From Scenedesmus sp. PABB004 (lineage: Eukaryota): 64,000 nt of DNA. The translations under genes and the position numbers were made by a program. The stretch lies in assembly GCA_014905635.1 (NCBI GenBank), contig JABVCE010000004.1, positions 496,001-560,000 of the forward strand. The letters run 5' to 3'. The notes beneath the pieces were generated by a model. It was not told the DNA's origin and did not search any database. It saw only the letters and a program-made list of their open reading frames with translations. Below are positions 1 to 18,611 of this stretch, one piece after another (position 1 is the first letter of the stretch; each line of letters starts with the position of its first letter).

Positions 1-2039
1 GGCGCAGCCGCGCGCGGCGGCGGGCGGCCAGGGCGCCGTGGGGCGCGCGCGCGGCGCGGTGCCCGTGCTCGGGCGCCGGCAGCAGCGCTGCGCGCCGCCG
101 GGCTCGCAGCCCCTGGGCGCCCGCGCTCGCGTGCTGGAGGGCGGCGTCGCGGACGGCTCCGGCAGCGACAGCGGCTGGAGCAATGAGGAGCTGGAGAGGC
201 ACCGGCGGGCGCGGGTCAGCCAGGTGCCAGGTGCACTGCAGCCCCCTCGCGCGGGCGTCGGCCGCAGGCCAGGCGGCACGCAGGCGCAGGCACAAGCCCA
301 GGCAGCGCCGCTGCTGCTGGCGCCGGCGTTCAGCGCCTCCACGGCGTGGCAGTGCAGCGCCGCCAACCTGGCGCGCGCGCTGCAGGGTGCCGCGCCCGGG
401 GGCCGGCAGCGCTTCAAGCCGGTGCTGCGGCCGGAGGCGCTGCTGCGCCCGCCGCTGGACGTGCGCGAGCTGTCCGCCGGCCGGGACCTGTGCTTGCAGG
501 TGGGTGCTGCGAGCTCCCGAGCCGCGCTCCTGCAAGCTCCTGAGCCTCACGCGCGACCCGCCGCCTGCGCCGCAGCTGCCGGAGCCTGGCTCGGGCGGCG
601 CCCGCCTGCTGCAGGCCCTGCTCGGCGACCAGCTGCCCACGTTTGCCGCCCGCTGCTCGGCAGCCTCACAGCAGCAGCAGCAGCCAGCCTGGGCTGCGCG
701 GCAGCAGCCAGCCTGGACTGCACAGCGGCCAGCTTGGCCCGCGCAGCAGCTGCAGGCAGCGGCCGTCGCCGCAGCGCAGAGTGACGACGAGTTCGATTGG
801 GATGCTGTGGACGCGCTGGAGGCTCAGCACGCCGGCGGCCCCGCGGCGGCGGCAACGGTGGCCGGGTCCGTTGTGGCGGCGCCGGGTGCCGGCGGGCGCG
901 CCACAGCGCCCGGCGGCTGCATGGCGGGCTTGGCTACGGCACTGGAGTGCCTGCGCGACCAGCCACAGCGTGGCCTCACGCCTGCGCCGGCCTGGACGGG
1001 CGCGGGCGCGGGCGCCTGGGCGCCGCCAGCTGTAGGTGCCTGGCCGCAGCAGCACCACCCGGGCGCGGCCCAGGGCGCTGACCGCGACGCGCAGGGCGGC
1101 GAGCCCCTCATCATCACAGGCCTGGACGAGGAGGACGAGGAGCAGGCGCTAGGCGAGGCCCGCCTGCAGGGCTGGCAGCAGCCCGCCGCGCCTCTGCAGC
1201 CGCTGCAGCCGCCGGGCTGGAGCTGCGAGCCGGCGGCGCCGCCGGGTGCCGCCGCGCTCGGGCACCCACCTGCCGGCGCGGCGGACGCGCAGGATGAGTG
1301 GGACGCGCTGGGCAGCATGGACGTGGTGATGCTGCCTGACCAGGACCAGGCGGGCAGCGCGCCGGCGACGTCGCCCGGCCGCGGCGGCGATCGCGGCGCC
1401 CAAGCCTGCGGCGTCGCCGCGCTCATCACTGGCTGGGACGACGGCGCGGCCCACGAGGAGTCCTGGCGGGCGCCGGACGCGGGCGCGGCCGGCTGGCAGG
1501 CGGCCGGCGGCGACGGCGACGGCGCGTGCGCAGCCCCGCCCCCGCCGCGCGACGCCGGCGGCTGGGCGGCGCTGGCGGCGGCGGAGGGCTGGGACGAGCT
1601 CGACGACGCCGACCTGGTGTGCCTGGTGTTTGCGGACCAGCTGGACCTGGAGGAGGCCGGCACCGCGGCAGCGGCCGCGCCCGCCGACGACGGACGCGAC
1701 GGTGACGGCACGGACGCGCCGCACGACGCGCCGCGCGAGGAGCGGCAGGGCGAGGCGGCGGCGGCGGCGCGCGGCGGCGGCGCGCCGGGGTGGCGGCGGC
1801 CCGCGCTGCCGCGGCCCGGCGGCGCGCGCGGCCCGCGGCCGCGCTCGCGGGCATGGCGCCGGCGGCGCGCGCCGCGTGGCTCGCGGGCGCGCGGGCGCGC
1901 CAGGCGCAGCTCTACACTCGCTTCATCTCTGCCGCGCTGCAGAGCCAGAGCGCGCTCGCGGGCGGCGCGGCGGGCAGCTGGGGCCTGCGCCAGCTCATGG
2001 CCCTGGTGGCCGAGGCCGTGCGCGAGGCCGTGGCGCAGC

Positions 2040-2106
<67 letters not shown>

Positions 2107-2371
2107 ACTGGACGCGATGGCGCTGCTCGCGGAGGTGCAGGCGCGGCACGCGCGCGTGCTGCTCGCGCAGCACGCCCAGCGCGGCGCGCCGGCCGGGGGC
2201 CCCGCGCCGCCGCCGGGCGGCGGCGTCGCGCCGCAGCGGATGTTTGTCGCGCTGCTCAACGTGGCGCACCAGAGCAACACGGCCGCGGCGGGCGGCGCCG
2301 GCGGCGCAGAGCAGGGCGCGGGCGACACCGCCGTGGCGTGGGTTCCGGGCGGCAAGGTGTTGTTCCGCTGA
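1..2371 (+). CDS. 5'-truncated multi-exon hypothetical protein; C-terminus weakly resembles a kleisin (condensin H-type) winged-helix end
   Basis: Coding-like segments in 38..499 (RFKPVLRPEALLRPPLDVRELS) and ~614..1790 (acidic DDEFDWDAVDALE, DELDDADLVCLVF). Last exon ~1909..2371 reads LYTRFISAAL...VAPQRMFVALLNVAHQSN...KVLFR*. FVALLNVAHQ recalls the barren/CAP-H FxCLLHLANE motif, which is inference only. Confidence 0.55.
2042..2104 (+). repeat. (GGC)n trinucleotide tract encoding a poly-Gly run of about 21 residues
   Basis: Uninterrupted ggc repeats inside the last exon of the first gene. Confidence 0.9.
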
Positions 2372-2709
2372 GAAGCGACGTGGCGGCGGCGCGCTCTGGC
2401 AACACCGTGCAAAGGCGATCGCAGACCCGCGCGACGGGGCGCAAGCGCGCCGCCGAACCGCCGCCGCGGCCGCCGCGCTGATGCTGCAGCGCGCCACCGC
2501 CGTGCGCTATCCGCACTGCGCCCGATCTCCAGGCGGCGCCACGCGCGAGTGGCGGGGCCCTGCGGCAGCAGCGCGCGCCTGCGACGAGCGCGCTCCCCCG
2601 GCCGCGGGCGCGGCGCACCCACCCCTGCCGAGCTCGCCAGTCGGTCACAATCGGGCTGTCAAAGCTCAAGCTCTGGCGCCAGCGGCAGCGCGAGAAGGGT
2701 GGCGCCGGC

Positions 2710-9244
<6,535 letters not shown>

Positions 9245-9769
9245 GAGCGCGGGGCGTTTTTTTGGGGTGGCTTTCCGGGGATTCGCTGATCTCGGTCGAC
9301 TGCCGCTGCCCCGCGCCGCGCGGGCGCGCGCGGCTCGCGCGCGGCGGTGCGGGCGGCGGCGGCGGCCGCGCCGTGTTCCTGCCCCGCTCGCACCCCTGCT
9401 GCTGCGTCGTGCGACGCCTCATCGCGTCCCCGTCCATTCGTCGTCCGCCCCCGTTGTGCAGCACCGTCGTCACTGTGTACATTGTTCGGTGGGCGCTCGG
9501 CAAGCGATCCCTTGCGGCCCGGCCGCCGCGCGTCGTCGTCGTGCGTGGAACCGCGGCGGTTCTGCGGCGACCGAGCGCCGACTGAGCAGGCCCCAGGCCG
9601 TGCGTGGCACACTCGCTCGCTCGGCCGTCAGAGGCGGCAGCTCCCGCACGCGCCAGCCCGCGCCGCGGCGGCCGGGCAGCGCGGCGGCGCGCGCGGGGGC
9701 CGCTGCGCGCCGGCAGCCCGCCGAACACCCCGCGCCGCGCCGCGTTAGCGCCTGCACCGGCCGCTCGAC

Positions 9770-9967
9770 ATGGACGGCCTGCTGGCGGCGCCCAGCGCCT
9801 TCGGCGGCGACAGCCACGGCGGCGCTTTGCCCGAGGGCTGCCTCGCCGACGCCACGCTCTGGCGCCTGCCGCCCAGTCCAATGCTGGCGGAGCCTCAGTG
9901 GGGCGTGGAGGCGCCGCTGCTGGCCGGCTGGAGTGACGCCGCAAACGCGCTGGCCGCCGGCGGCGAC

Positions 9968-10017
<50 letters not shown>

Positions 10018-13000
10018 GAGCGAGCCAGCGGCGGCGCCCCCGGCGCCTGTCTCTGCAGCAGAGACAGAGACCGAGACCGAGCCGGGGCAAACACCGCCGG
10101 CAGAGTCGGAAGATCCGCCGCGGAGCGCCGCGGGCGCCGCCGACAGCGGCGGCGCGCGCAGCGGGGGCGCGCAGGCGCCGCCGGGATCGGCGCCGCCGCA
10201 GCGGTCGGGGCCGGACTGCGCGGAGCAGTCGGAGGGGGAGGCGACGCCCAGCGCAGTGAGCCAGCCGCAGGCGCGGCAGGCCCGGAGCGAGCGGCAGCTG
10301 CGGCCGAGGCGGCCGCTGGCGCCGGCGCAGCAGCCGCAGCCGCGCCCGCCCCGGTGGCCGCCGCCGCGCCGCCCCGGCGGCCCGCGCAGCAGGCGGCCGC
10401 GCGCGAGCGGCAGGCGCCGGCCCCGCCGCGCGGCGCCAGCCCGGTCGCCTCGGCCGCGGCGGGGCAGCGGCCGCAGCAGGAGCCGGAGCAGGCGCGCGCG
10501 CCTGGTGGCGGCGGCGACTTTGGCGGATTTGTCGCATGGCTCGACGGCCAGGGCCTGATGCCCGAGCTATGCAGGCTGTGGGATCGCTGGCAGCTGCTCG
10601 GCCGCCCGCGGCCGCTGCTGGCCGGCGCGTGGCGCGGCGCCGCGCCGCGGGGGTGGCTGGCCGAGGGCTCAGACCTCCGCGCGCCGAGCGGGGGCGCCAG
10701 CGCGCACCGGGGCTGGCCGCCCGGCGCGCAGCCCCAGCCGCCGCGCGGCGCGGCGCGGCCGCCGGCGCCGCAGGGCTCCTCGGCCGGCGCGGCGGCGCGG
10801 CAGCCGCCGGCTGAGGAGCCGGGCAGCGAGCACCTCGTGCTGCTGGACATCCACCCCGCGCCGGGCAGGCGCACGCGCAGCCACCTCCTCATCAGCGCCG
10901 ACGAGGGCTGCGGCCCCGCGCCGGGCCCCGGCCACGCGCGCAGCGGCACGCCGGCGCCGCGTGCGGTCGCTGGCGGCGGCGGCGGCGGCACGCCCGACTC
11001 ACACATCAAGACGCCACTCATGTGTGAGGAAGCCTTCCCGCCGCCGCTGCCGCAGCCCGCCCGGGCCCGGCGCAGCTCCCTGGCGAAGCGTGCGCGCAGC
11101 ACGCCGGGCGGCGGCGGCGCCAGCGAGGGCGGCCTCAAGCGGCGGCAGCGCACGCCCGGCGCGGCGGCTTCGCGCTTCGCGGCAGACGCGCCGGAGGCCG
11201 GCTTCGCTGCAGAGCGGGCGCCTGCGTGCGGCGCGGCCCTGCTGGCCACGGCGCAGGACGCGGAGGCGCCGTCGCCGCGTGCGCCGGTGAGCGATGACCT
11301 GCTCTGCCCCGACCAGGAGCCGCCCGGCGCGCTGCCGTTTGGCAGCAGCGGCGAGTCCGTGGCGGCGGCGCAGCAGTCTGGGGGCGGCAGCGACGCGCTC
11401 ACAGTCACGGAGCCGGGCGGGCCGCAGGAGAGCCAGGCGCAGCCGGGTCTGCGTGACTCGCAGCAGAGCCGGGAGGCAGGGCAGCATCAGAGCAGGCGGG
11501 AGGTGGAGCAGCAGGGTCAGGAGGGGGAGGCGGAGCAGCAGCAGAGCCAGGGGGAGCGGGGACAGGGGGAGCAGGCGGAGCAGCAGGAGGAGCAGCAGGA
11601 GGAGCAGCAGCAGGAGGAGCAGCAGCAGCAGAGCCAGGGGGAGCAGCTGCAGCCACAGGGCTGGGAGGAGGGGCAGCAGCAGCACGAGGGGCGCCCGCCC
11701 GCGGCGGCCCCTGGCGGCGCGCGCCGCGGCGACAGCAGCGCCACGCGCCCTGCGGGCGGCCGCAAGCGCCGGCGCGGCGCCGCGGGCGCGCCCGATGCAG
11801 TGGACGCGGCCGGTGGCGGCGGCGAGGGCGCCCCGGACGGCGCCGCGCCCACGCCGGCCTGGGGCGCGGCGCTGGCGCCGGAGCTTGTGGCTGAGCTGGC
11901 GGCGGAGCATGCAGCCGACCACGTGCACGCCACTATCCGCGTCGACGACGACGGCGGCGGCTTTCGCCTGGCGGTGCTGGGCAGCCAGCTGCGCTGGCTC
12001 GCCGAGGTGCTGCACCTCCCGGTGCGGGCGGGTTGCCGTGCGGCGCTCGCTCGCCGCGGCGCCACGCCGCACCGCGCCGAGCGTGCTGCCGCGGCTCACC
12101 GCCGGACCGCGCGCGGGGCGCGCAGGTGCCGGCGCGCGTCGTGCTGGAGGCCATGGCTGCCTACGCGCGCGACGAGGAGGCGCTGTGCGAATGGCACGTG
12201 GGCCTCGCGTCGTGCTGCTACCCTGCAGACGTCGACGCCCTGAATTGCGCAGGCCTCTGGCCCGCCGAGCTCGGCAGGCGCGCGCGGCGCGGCGCGGCGC
12301 GACGCGGGCGGCGCGGCGCCGCAGGGGCCCGGCGGCGCTGCGCGGCCGCGCAGACGCCCCCCGCGCCGCGCCGCGCCGCAGGCCGCACCTGCAGAGCCTG
12401 GAGCAGAGCCCGCTGGGCCACCTCGTGCTCTCGTGGTCGCCGCCCGCGCCGCCGCGGGCGCCGCGCCGCGAGCGGCTGCTCTCGTACGCCTGGCCGATGA
12501 TGTTTGCGCCTGCGGCCGCCGATGCGGCGGACCGCGGCGCCGAGGCGTCGGGGCCCGGCTCTGTGCTCGGGGAGGAGCACGACACGGTGCTCGTCGCGCT
12601 CCCGTCGGGCGTGCGCAGCCGGTGGTCCCTCGCCGACGCCGCGGCCGCGGCCGCGGGCGCGGCGGGCGGCGGCAGGCGCGCGGCGCGCGGCGCGCGCGCG
12701 GCCACGTGGCCGTGCACGAACCGCTGGGTGGAGATCCGACTGTCTGCGGCGTGGCAGTACAAGCCGGGCGCGACGGGGCACCGCTCGTTCGCCGCCACGT
12801 CCTGGGCGACACTCTGGCCGCGCTACCTGAGCGCCGCGGCGGGCGCGGACGCCGCGCTCGCGCCGGAGCACCGCGCCGCGCTGCTGGCGCGCCTCGCCGT
12901 GTGCGAGGCAAAGTACGCGGAGGTGCTGCCCCTGCCGCCGGGCGGCGGCGGCGGCGGCGGGGCGTGCGGCGCGGGCGGGCCGCTCGCGGGCGGGCTGCAC

Positions 13001-13219
13001 GGCGTCTACTTTGCAGGCGGCCGCCCGCGCAGCCCCTACGACCTCGCGCGCGACGCGGACCTCTGGCTGCGCGGCGCGTGCGCGAGCCTCGCCGACGCGC
13101 TGCAGGCCGTCGCGGTCGCGCCGGAGCACCACGCCGCGGCGGTCAAGGCGCTGGTGGACGAGCACGAGCGTGCCGAGGCGGCGCGCGTGCTGGGCCTGCC
13201 GGAGGACGCCGCCGAGTGA
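9770..13219 (+). CDS. Hypothetical protein: low-complexity N-terminus, Q/E-rich tract, GRKRRRG NLS-like motif, globular C-terminal region
   Basis: ATG 9770 (MDGLLAAPSAF). Exons with canonical-looking junctions include HVHATIRVDD...LAEVLHLP|VPARVVLEAMAAY...CCYP and ...TNRWVEIRLSAAWQYKPG...LGLPEDAAE*. No family recognised. Confidence 0.7.
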
Positions 13220-13820
13220 GCGCGGCGCACGCGCGGGCGCCGCCGTGGCGGCACGCCAGCGCAAGGCCGGGCGAGCGAGCGCCGCAGGCAGCTGTGCCCT
13301 GAGCGGTGGGGCAGGGTGGTGCAGCTACTGCCTGAGCGGCGGCGGTGGCGCAAGTTGTTGCCGCCGCGGCGGCCGGGCGGGTGCGTTAATTTTCAAAACT
13401 GCCGGCCAGCTCCAGCCTTCCTTGCGCGGCCAGGCGCCCCCAGCGATCGAGCCAAGCGCTTACCAACGCCGCGCCGCGCCAGCTGTCGCGCCTGCAGCTC
13501 TCGGTCGACTGCCGGCTTTCTCGGCCGGTGCAGGCCGCCTGTGCGCCGAGCGGAGCGCGCAGCTTCATCGGTGGGCGGCGCATGGTCTGACAGGTCGCGC
13601 GCCCGACCAGCGAGCCTCCGGGAGGCGCGGAGAGCAGGTGGGGCAGCTGCCATCAATGGCAGGGGCCCAGCAGCGCGCCCGGGCGCTGGGGCCGCCATTT
13701 GGCGCCCTCCGGCGAGCACCTGGGCGGCGCTCTCGTTCCGGGGAGCCCTCGCGCGGCAGCGGCTGCGCTGAGCCTGCCGCCGCGCCCGCCGCAGCGCGAC
13801 CCTGCGCGCCGAGCGCAGCC

Positions 13821-15852
13821 ATGGACGGCGGCGGCGTGACCCGGCGCGAGAGCCGCATCCCGCGGCCCACCGGCGGCGTGCCGGCGGCGACGCGGCCGCT
13901 GGCGGACCGGGTGCGAACGCGCGGGGCCGCGCTCCGCCGCGCCGCCCGCCGCCCGCCACCGCTCCGACCCCGCCGCGTGCTCAAGCGCGCCGCCCGCCCG
14001 CCCGCCCGCGCGGCGCAGTCCAACAACGCCATGGACCGCAAGCGCCGCGGCGCGGCGCTCGACGGCATCCCCGAGGCCAAGCGCCCGCTGCGCGGCGGCG
14101 CCGCGGCCGCGGCCGCCGCCAAGCCCGCGGAGGCCAAGCCCGCGGAGGCCAAGCCCGAGGAGACCTGGGAGGATATCGTGGAGCGCACCGGCCTCAGCGT
14201 GGAGGACCTGCTGGGCCGGAAGCTCACCTTCAAGAAGGGCACGCTGCCCGCCAAGAAGCTCGAGGAGATGGGGCCGATGATCAGGGAGCTCAAGTGCGTC
14301 GCAGGGGGCACGGCGGCGCCGCGCGCGCTGCCACACGGCCGGCGCCCGACGCGCGGCCGCCGCGCCGCCGCCTGCGGTGCGCGCGCGCGCGCAGGGCGCT
14401 GGGCTGGTTCCTGCTCTCCGGCCGCGACAAGGCGCAGATGGACGCCACGCAGTGGGAGGCCGACGCGGCGGGCAAGCAGCAGCGTGTCGCCGAGCTGGAG
14501 GCGGAGCTCAAGCAGCTGCAGGAGGAGCTCGCCAAGCAGGTCGCCGCGCTCAAGGTGCGGCCGCAGGCCCCGGCTGCCGCGCCGCGGCGGCAGCGGCGGC
14601 GCGGCGCCTGCCGGCCCGGACCGACCGCCGCCCGCGGCCGCAGGCGGACGTCGCGGCGGCCGAGGCGCGCGCGGCGGCGCTGCAGGAGGCCGTGGTGGGC
14701 GCCGAGGCGCGCGTCGCGGCCAAGGCGTCCGAGGTCGAGGGCGTGGCGAAGCAGCTGGAGGGCGCGCAGGCGGAGCTGGAGAAGGTCACGCAGGCCGTCG
14801 CGGAGCGCGAGGCCAAGGTGGGTGCGCGGCCAGCCCGCGGCCGCGCGCCTCTCTGCCGGCGCGCCGGCGCTGGCAGGGCCCGCCGCGCCCCGCGCCGCGC
14901 CGTGCTGCGCGCTCAACCGCGCCGTGCTGATGGGGGCCCCCGCCAGATCCATGAGATGGAGGACGTGGTCAAGCAGAGCCAGACCTACGCGGCGACGCTG
15001 CAGAACTACAACACCAGCCTGCAGGCCGACGTGCAGGCGCGGCGGCGTCGGGGCTCGCGCCGCGCCGCGCGGCCGGGGCGCGCGCGGCGGCGCCGGGGCC
15101 CGCGCGGCGGCGGCGCGGCCGGGCGGGCTCAGCGCGCCGCCGCCGCTGCCGCCGCCGCGCGCGGGGCGCAGATGGAGAAGGGCCGCCGCGACGAGCTCAA
15201 CAGGGAGAAGGACAAGCTGCAGGGCCAGGTCGCGGAGCTGGGCGGCCTGCTCAAGAGCCAGGAGCGCCTGCTGGAGCTGGAGAAGGCGCGCACGGGCGGC
15301 GGGAGGGCAGGAGGGGGGGGGGGGCGAAGGGGCGGCGGCCAGGCGCCGGCGGCGGCCAGCGGCTCGCTCACGCGCCCACGCGGCCGCGCGGCTGGGCGGC
15401 CACGCCGCGCAGGAGCAATGCGGCAAGATGCAGGCGGAGCGCGAGGGCGCGATGCGCGACCTGGCGGTGCTGCGCTGCGACGTCGACGCGGCGCGCGGCG
15501 AGCGCGACCGCCTCGCGGCGGAGCTCAAGGAGGCGCGCGACGAGCTGGACAAGTGAGGGAGCGGCGCGTGCCACGCCGGCCCGGCGGCAGTGACGGCGGC
15601 GAGCCAGGCCCGCGTGCGCGGCGGGTGGCGCCGCGCCGTGCTCACGCGCCCGCGCGCCACCCGTGGCGCCAGGTACAAGGACGCCGGGGGCAAGAGCGAG
15701 GAGACGCTGGAGGCGGTGAAGCACAGCAAGGCGACGCTCGAGGCGCAGCTCACCAGCCAGCGCGCGCTCATCGACTCGATGCGCATGGAGCTGGGCGCCG
15801 CCAAGGTGCGTGCGCTTGTCTTTGTGTGTGGTGGTGGTGGTGGTGGTGGTGT

Positions 15853-15883
<31 letters not shown>

Positions 15884-18334
15884 GGGGGGGCTGGCGCCTG
15901 GGCGGCGCGGGCGTGCGGCGCGCATGCACGCGCGTTCGGCACGCTGAGCTGGGCCGCCCGCCGCCGCGCCGCCGCGCAGGAGCAGCACGCGCTCGCTGAG
16001 AGCCTGGCCAACAGCAGGGAGACGCAGATCAAAGACCTGCAGGCGCGCACGCACACGCACACGCACGCGCACACGCGGGCGCACATGCACGCGGACACGC
16101 GGCGCGCAGCCCCGCCAGCTGCCGCGTGCGCCGCGCGCTCACGTGCCGGCGGCCGCCGCCGCCGCCGCCGTGCCGGCGCCACGCAGGTCCAGCTGCAGGG
16201 CCTGCAGACGAGCCTGGCCGACGCGGAGCGGCGCGTGTACGAGAGCGAGCTCATCCGCCGCAAGCTGCACAACACCATCCAGGCGCGGCGCGGCGTGGCG
16301 CCGGCCCTATCGCTGGGTGCGCGGCGCGCCCCCGGAACCGCCACCCCTGACCCGGCCCCCGCCCCCACGCCCGCCGGCGGCGGCGCGCAGGAGCTCAAGG
16401 GCAACATCCGCGTGTTTGCGCGCGTGCGCCCGTCCGGCCCGCCCGGCGAGGACGGCGGCGGCGGCGCGCCGGCGACAGAGTTCCCCAGCAGCGGTGTGCG
16501 GCCGCGCTGCCGCGGCCCGCGCCGCCCACCCAGGGGGCGCGCGCGGCGGGCCGGGGCGTCGGGGCGTCGGGGCGGGCGCCGTGCGTGCGTGCGGCCAGCC
16601 TGCCCACGCCCTGCGCGCGTGCGTGCGCCCGGCCGCGCAGGCGAGCTGCTGGGGCGGGGCATCGAGATCACGGTGCCCGGCAGCCTCACCGGCCAGGCGC
16701 CGTCGAAGCACAGCTTTGCGTTTGACAAGGTCTTTGGCCCCTCGGCGGACCAGGCGGCGGTGTTTGAGGAGATCAGCGAGCTCATCCAGTCGGCGCTCGA
16801 CGGCCACAAGGCGCGCCGCGCGCGCCGCGCTCAGCGCACGCCGCGTTCCGCCCGCGCCGCGCCGCCCGCGGCGGCCGACCCCGCCGCGCGCGCGCCGCCG
16901 CGGCCGCAGGTGTGCATCTTTGCGTACGGCCAGACGGGCAGCGGCAAGACGTACACCATGTTTGGCAACAGCGAGAGCCGCGGCATCATCCCCCGCGCGA
17001 TGGCCCAGGCGCGCGGCGCGGCTTGGTGCCCGCGCCCGCGCCGGCCCTGCCGCCGCCGCGCGCCCCCGCGCACACGCGCCGCCGCGCCGCGCCGCGCGTC
17101 GCCGGCCCGCCGCGCCAGGTGTTTGAGAGCAGCCGCGTGCTGGGCAAGCAGGGCTGGCAGTTCAGCATGGCCGCGAGCATGCTGGAGATCTACAATGAGG
17201 AGTACAAGGACCTGCTCGCACGCAAGAAGCTGCCCGACGGCAAGGCCCACAAGGTGCGGCGGCGCGCGGCCGCGGCGGCGCGCGGGGCAGCTCTCCGTGG
17301 CCGCGCGCGGGCTCGCGGGAGCGCGCGCGCGCGCGAGTGAGCGCGCCGGCGCCACGTGTGTGCGCAGGTGGTGCACGACGGCAACGGCGGCACGAGCGTG
17401 TCGGACCTCACGCTGGTGGAGGTCAACACTCCGCAGGCGCGCGCGCCGGCGCGGGCACCGGCGATCCAGGCGGCCAGCGCGGGCTGCCCAGCAGGGCGGC
17501 GCGCCCCCGCTGGCGGCGCAGCGGCCGGCGGCGCCGCGGCGCCGCGGCCGGCGCCTCTCACTGCGCGCGGTCTCGCCGCGCCGCCGCGCCGCGCCGCAGG
17601 ACGTGGAGGACCTGCTGGCGCGCGCGATGGAGAAGCGCAGCGTCGGCTGCACGCAGCTCAACGAGCAGTCGAGCCGCAGCCACGCCGTGTTCACGCTGCG
17701 CATCGAGGGCACCAACGACTCCTCCAAGCTCAAGGCGCGCGCCGCGGGCGGCCGGCGCGCGCCGCGCGCGGGCACAGCCCGCGCGCCCTCGCCCGCCCCT
17801 CCCGCACGCCCCTCGCCCGCGCCGCCGACTAAACCTGAGCCTGAACCCTCGCGCTCAACCCTGCTCAGGTCTCTGGCGTGCTGAATCTCATCGACCTCGC
17901 CGGCAGCGAGCGCGTCAAGGAGAGCGGCGCGGCGGGCGTGCGGCTCACCGAGGCAAAGGCCATCAACAAGAGCCTCTCCGCGCTCGGTGCGCGCGCCGCG
18001 CCGCGCCAGGGGGCAGCAGAACTAGAGGGGGCGGCGGCCACGTGCGGCGGCCCGGGCGCGCGGAGTGAGCGCCGGCCGCGCGCGCCGCCGCGGGCGCCCC
18101 GCAGGCGACGTGATCGTGTCGCTCGCCAACAAGGAGAGCCACGTGCCCTACCGCAACTCCAAGCTCACCTGGCTGCTGCAGCCCTGCCTGGGCGGGGACG
18201 CCAAGACGCTGATGTTTGTGAACATCGCGCCGTGCCCCGAGTTTGCGCCGGAGAGCCTCTGCAGCCTGCGCTTCGCGGCCAAGGTCAACGCGTGCGAGAT
18301 CGGCGTCGCGCGCCGCAACGTGCGCACGACCTAG
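13821..18334 (+). CDS. Kinesin-14 (C-terminal motor; KAR3/KIFC1/ATK1-type), about 18 exons
   Basis: Long N-terminal coiled coil followed by the kinesin-14 neck [23 protein letters not shown], then [23 protein letters not shown] (P-loop), [14 protein letters not shown] (switch I), LIDLAGSER (switch II), [34 protein letters not shown] and [12 protein letters not shown] at 18334. Confidence 0.97.
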
Positions 18335-18611
18335 GCGGCGCGACGTCGCTGCGCCAGGGGCGGCAGGGCGCAACAGCTCTGGAGACAGGGGCTTGACGGG
18401 CGGCGGGCGCGGGAGTTGGGCGGGTTGGTGCGACGGCGTTGTAGCGCGGCTTGTCAGGTCCTCCGCTCATTGGAGCAGTTGAGCTGGACGGCCCACAGCC
18501 ACCGCCCATCCTGCGCTGTCGTCGCCGCAGCCACCCGCCGCACCGCGCGCTGCTGCCACGCGCTGCGCCGCCGCCGGTCGCGCCCACACCGCACGCGCCC
18601 GGGGCGGTGGA

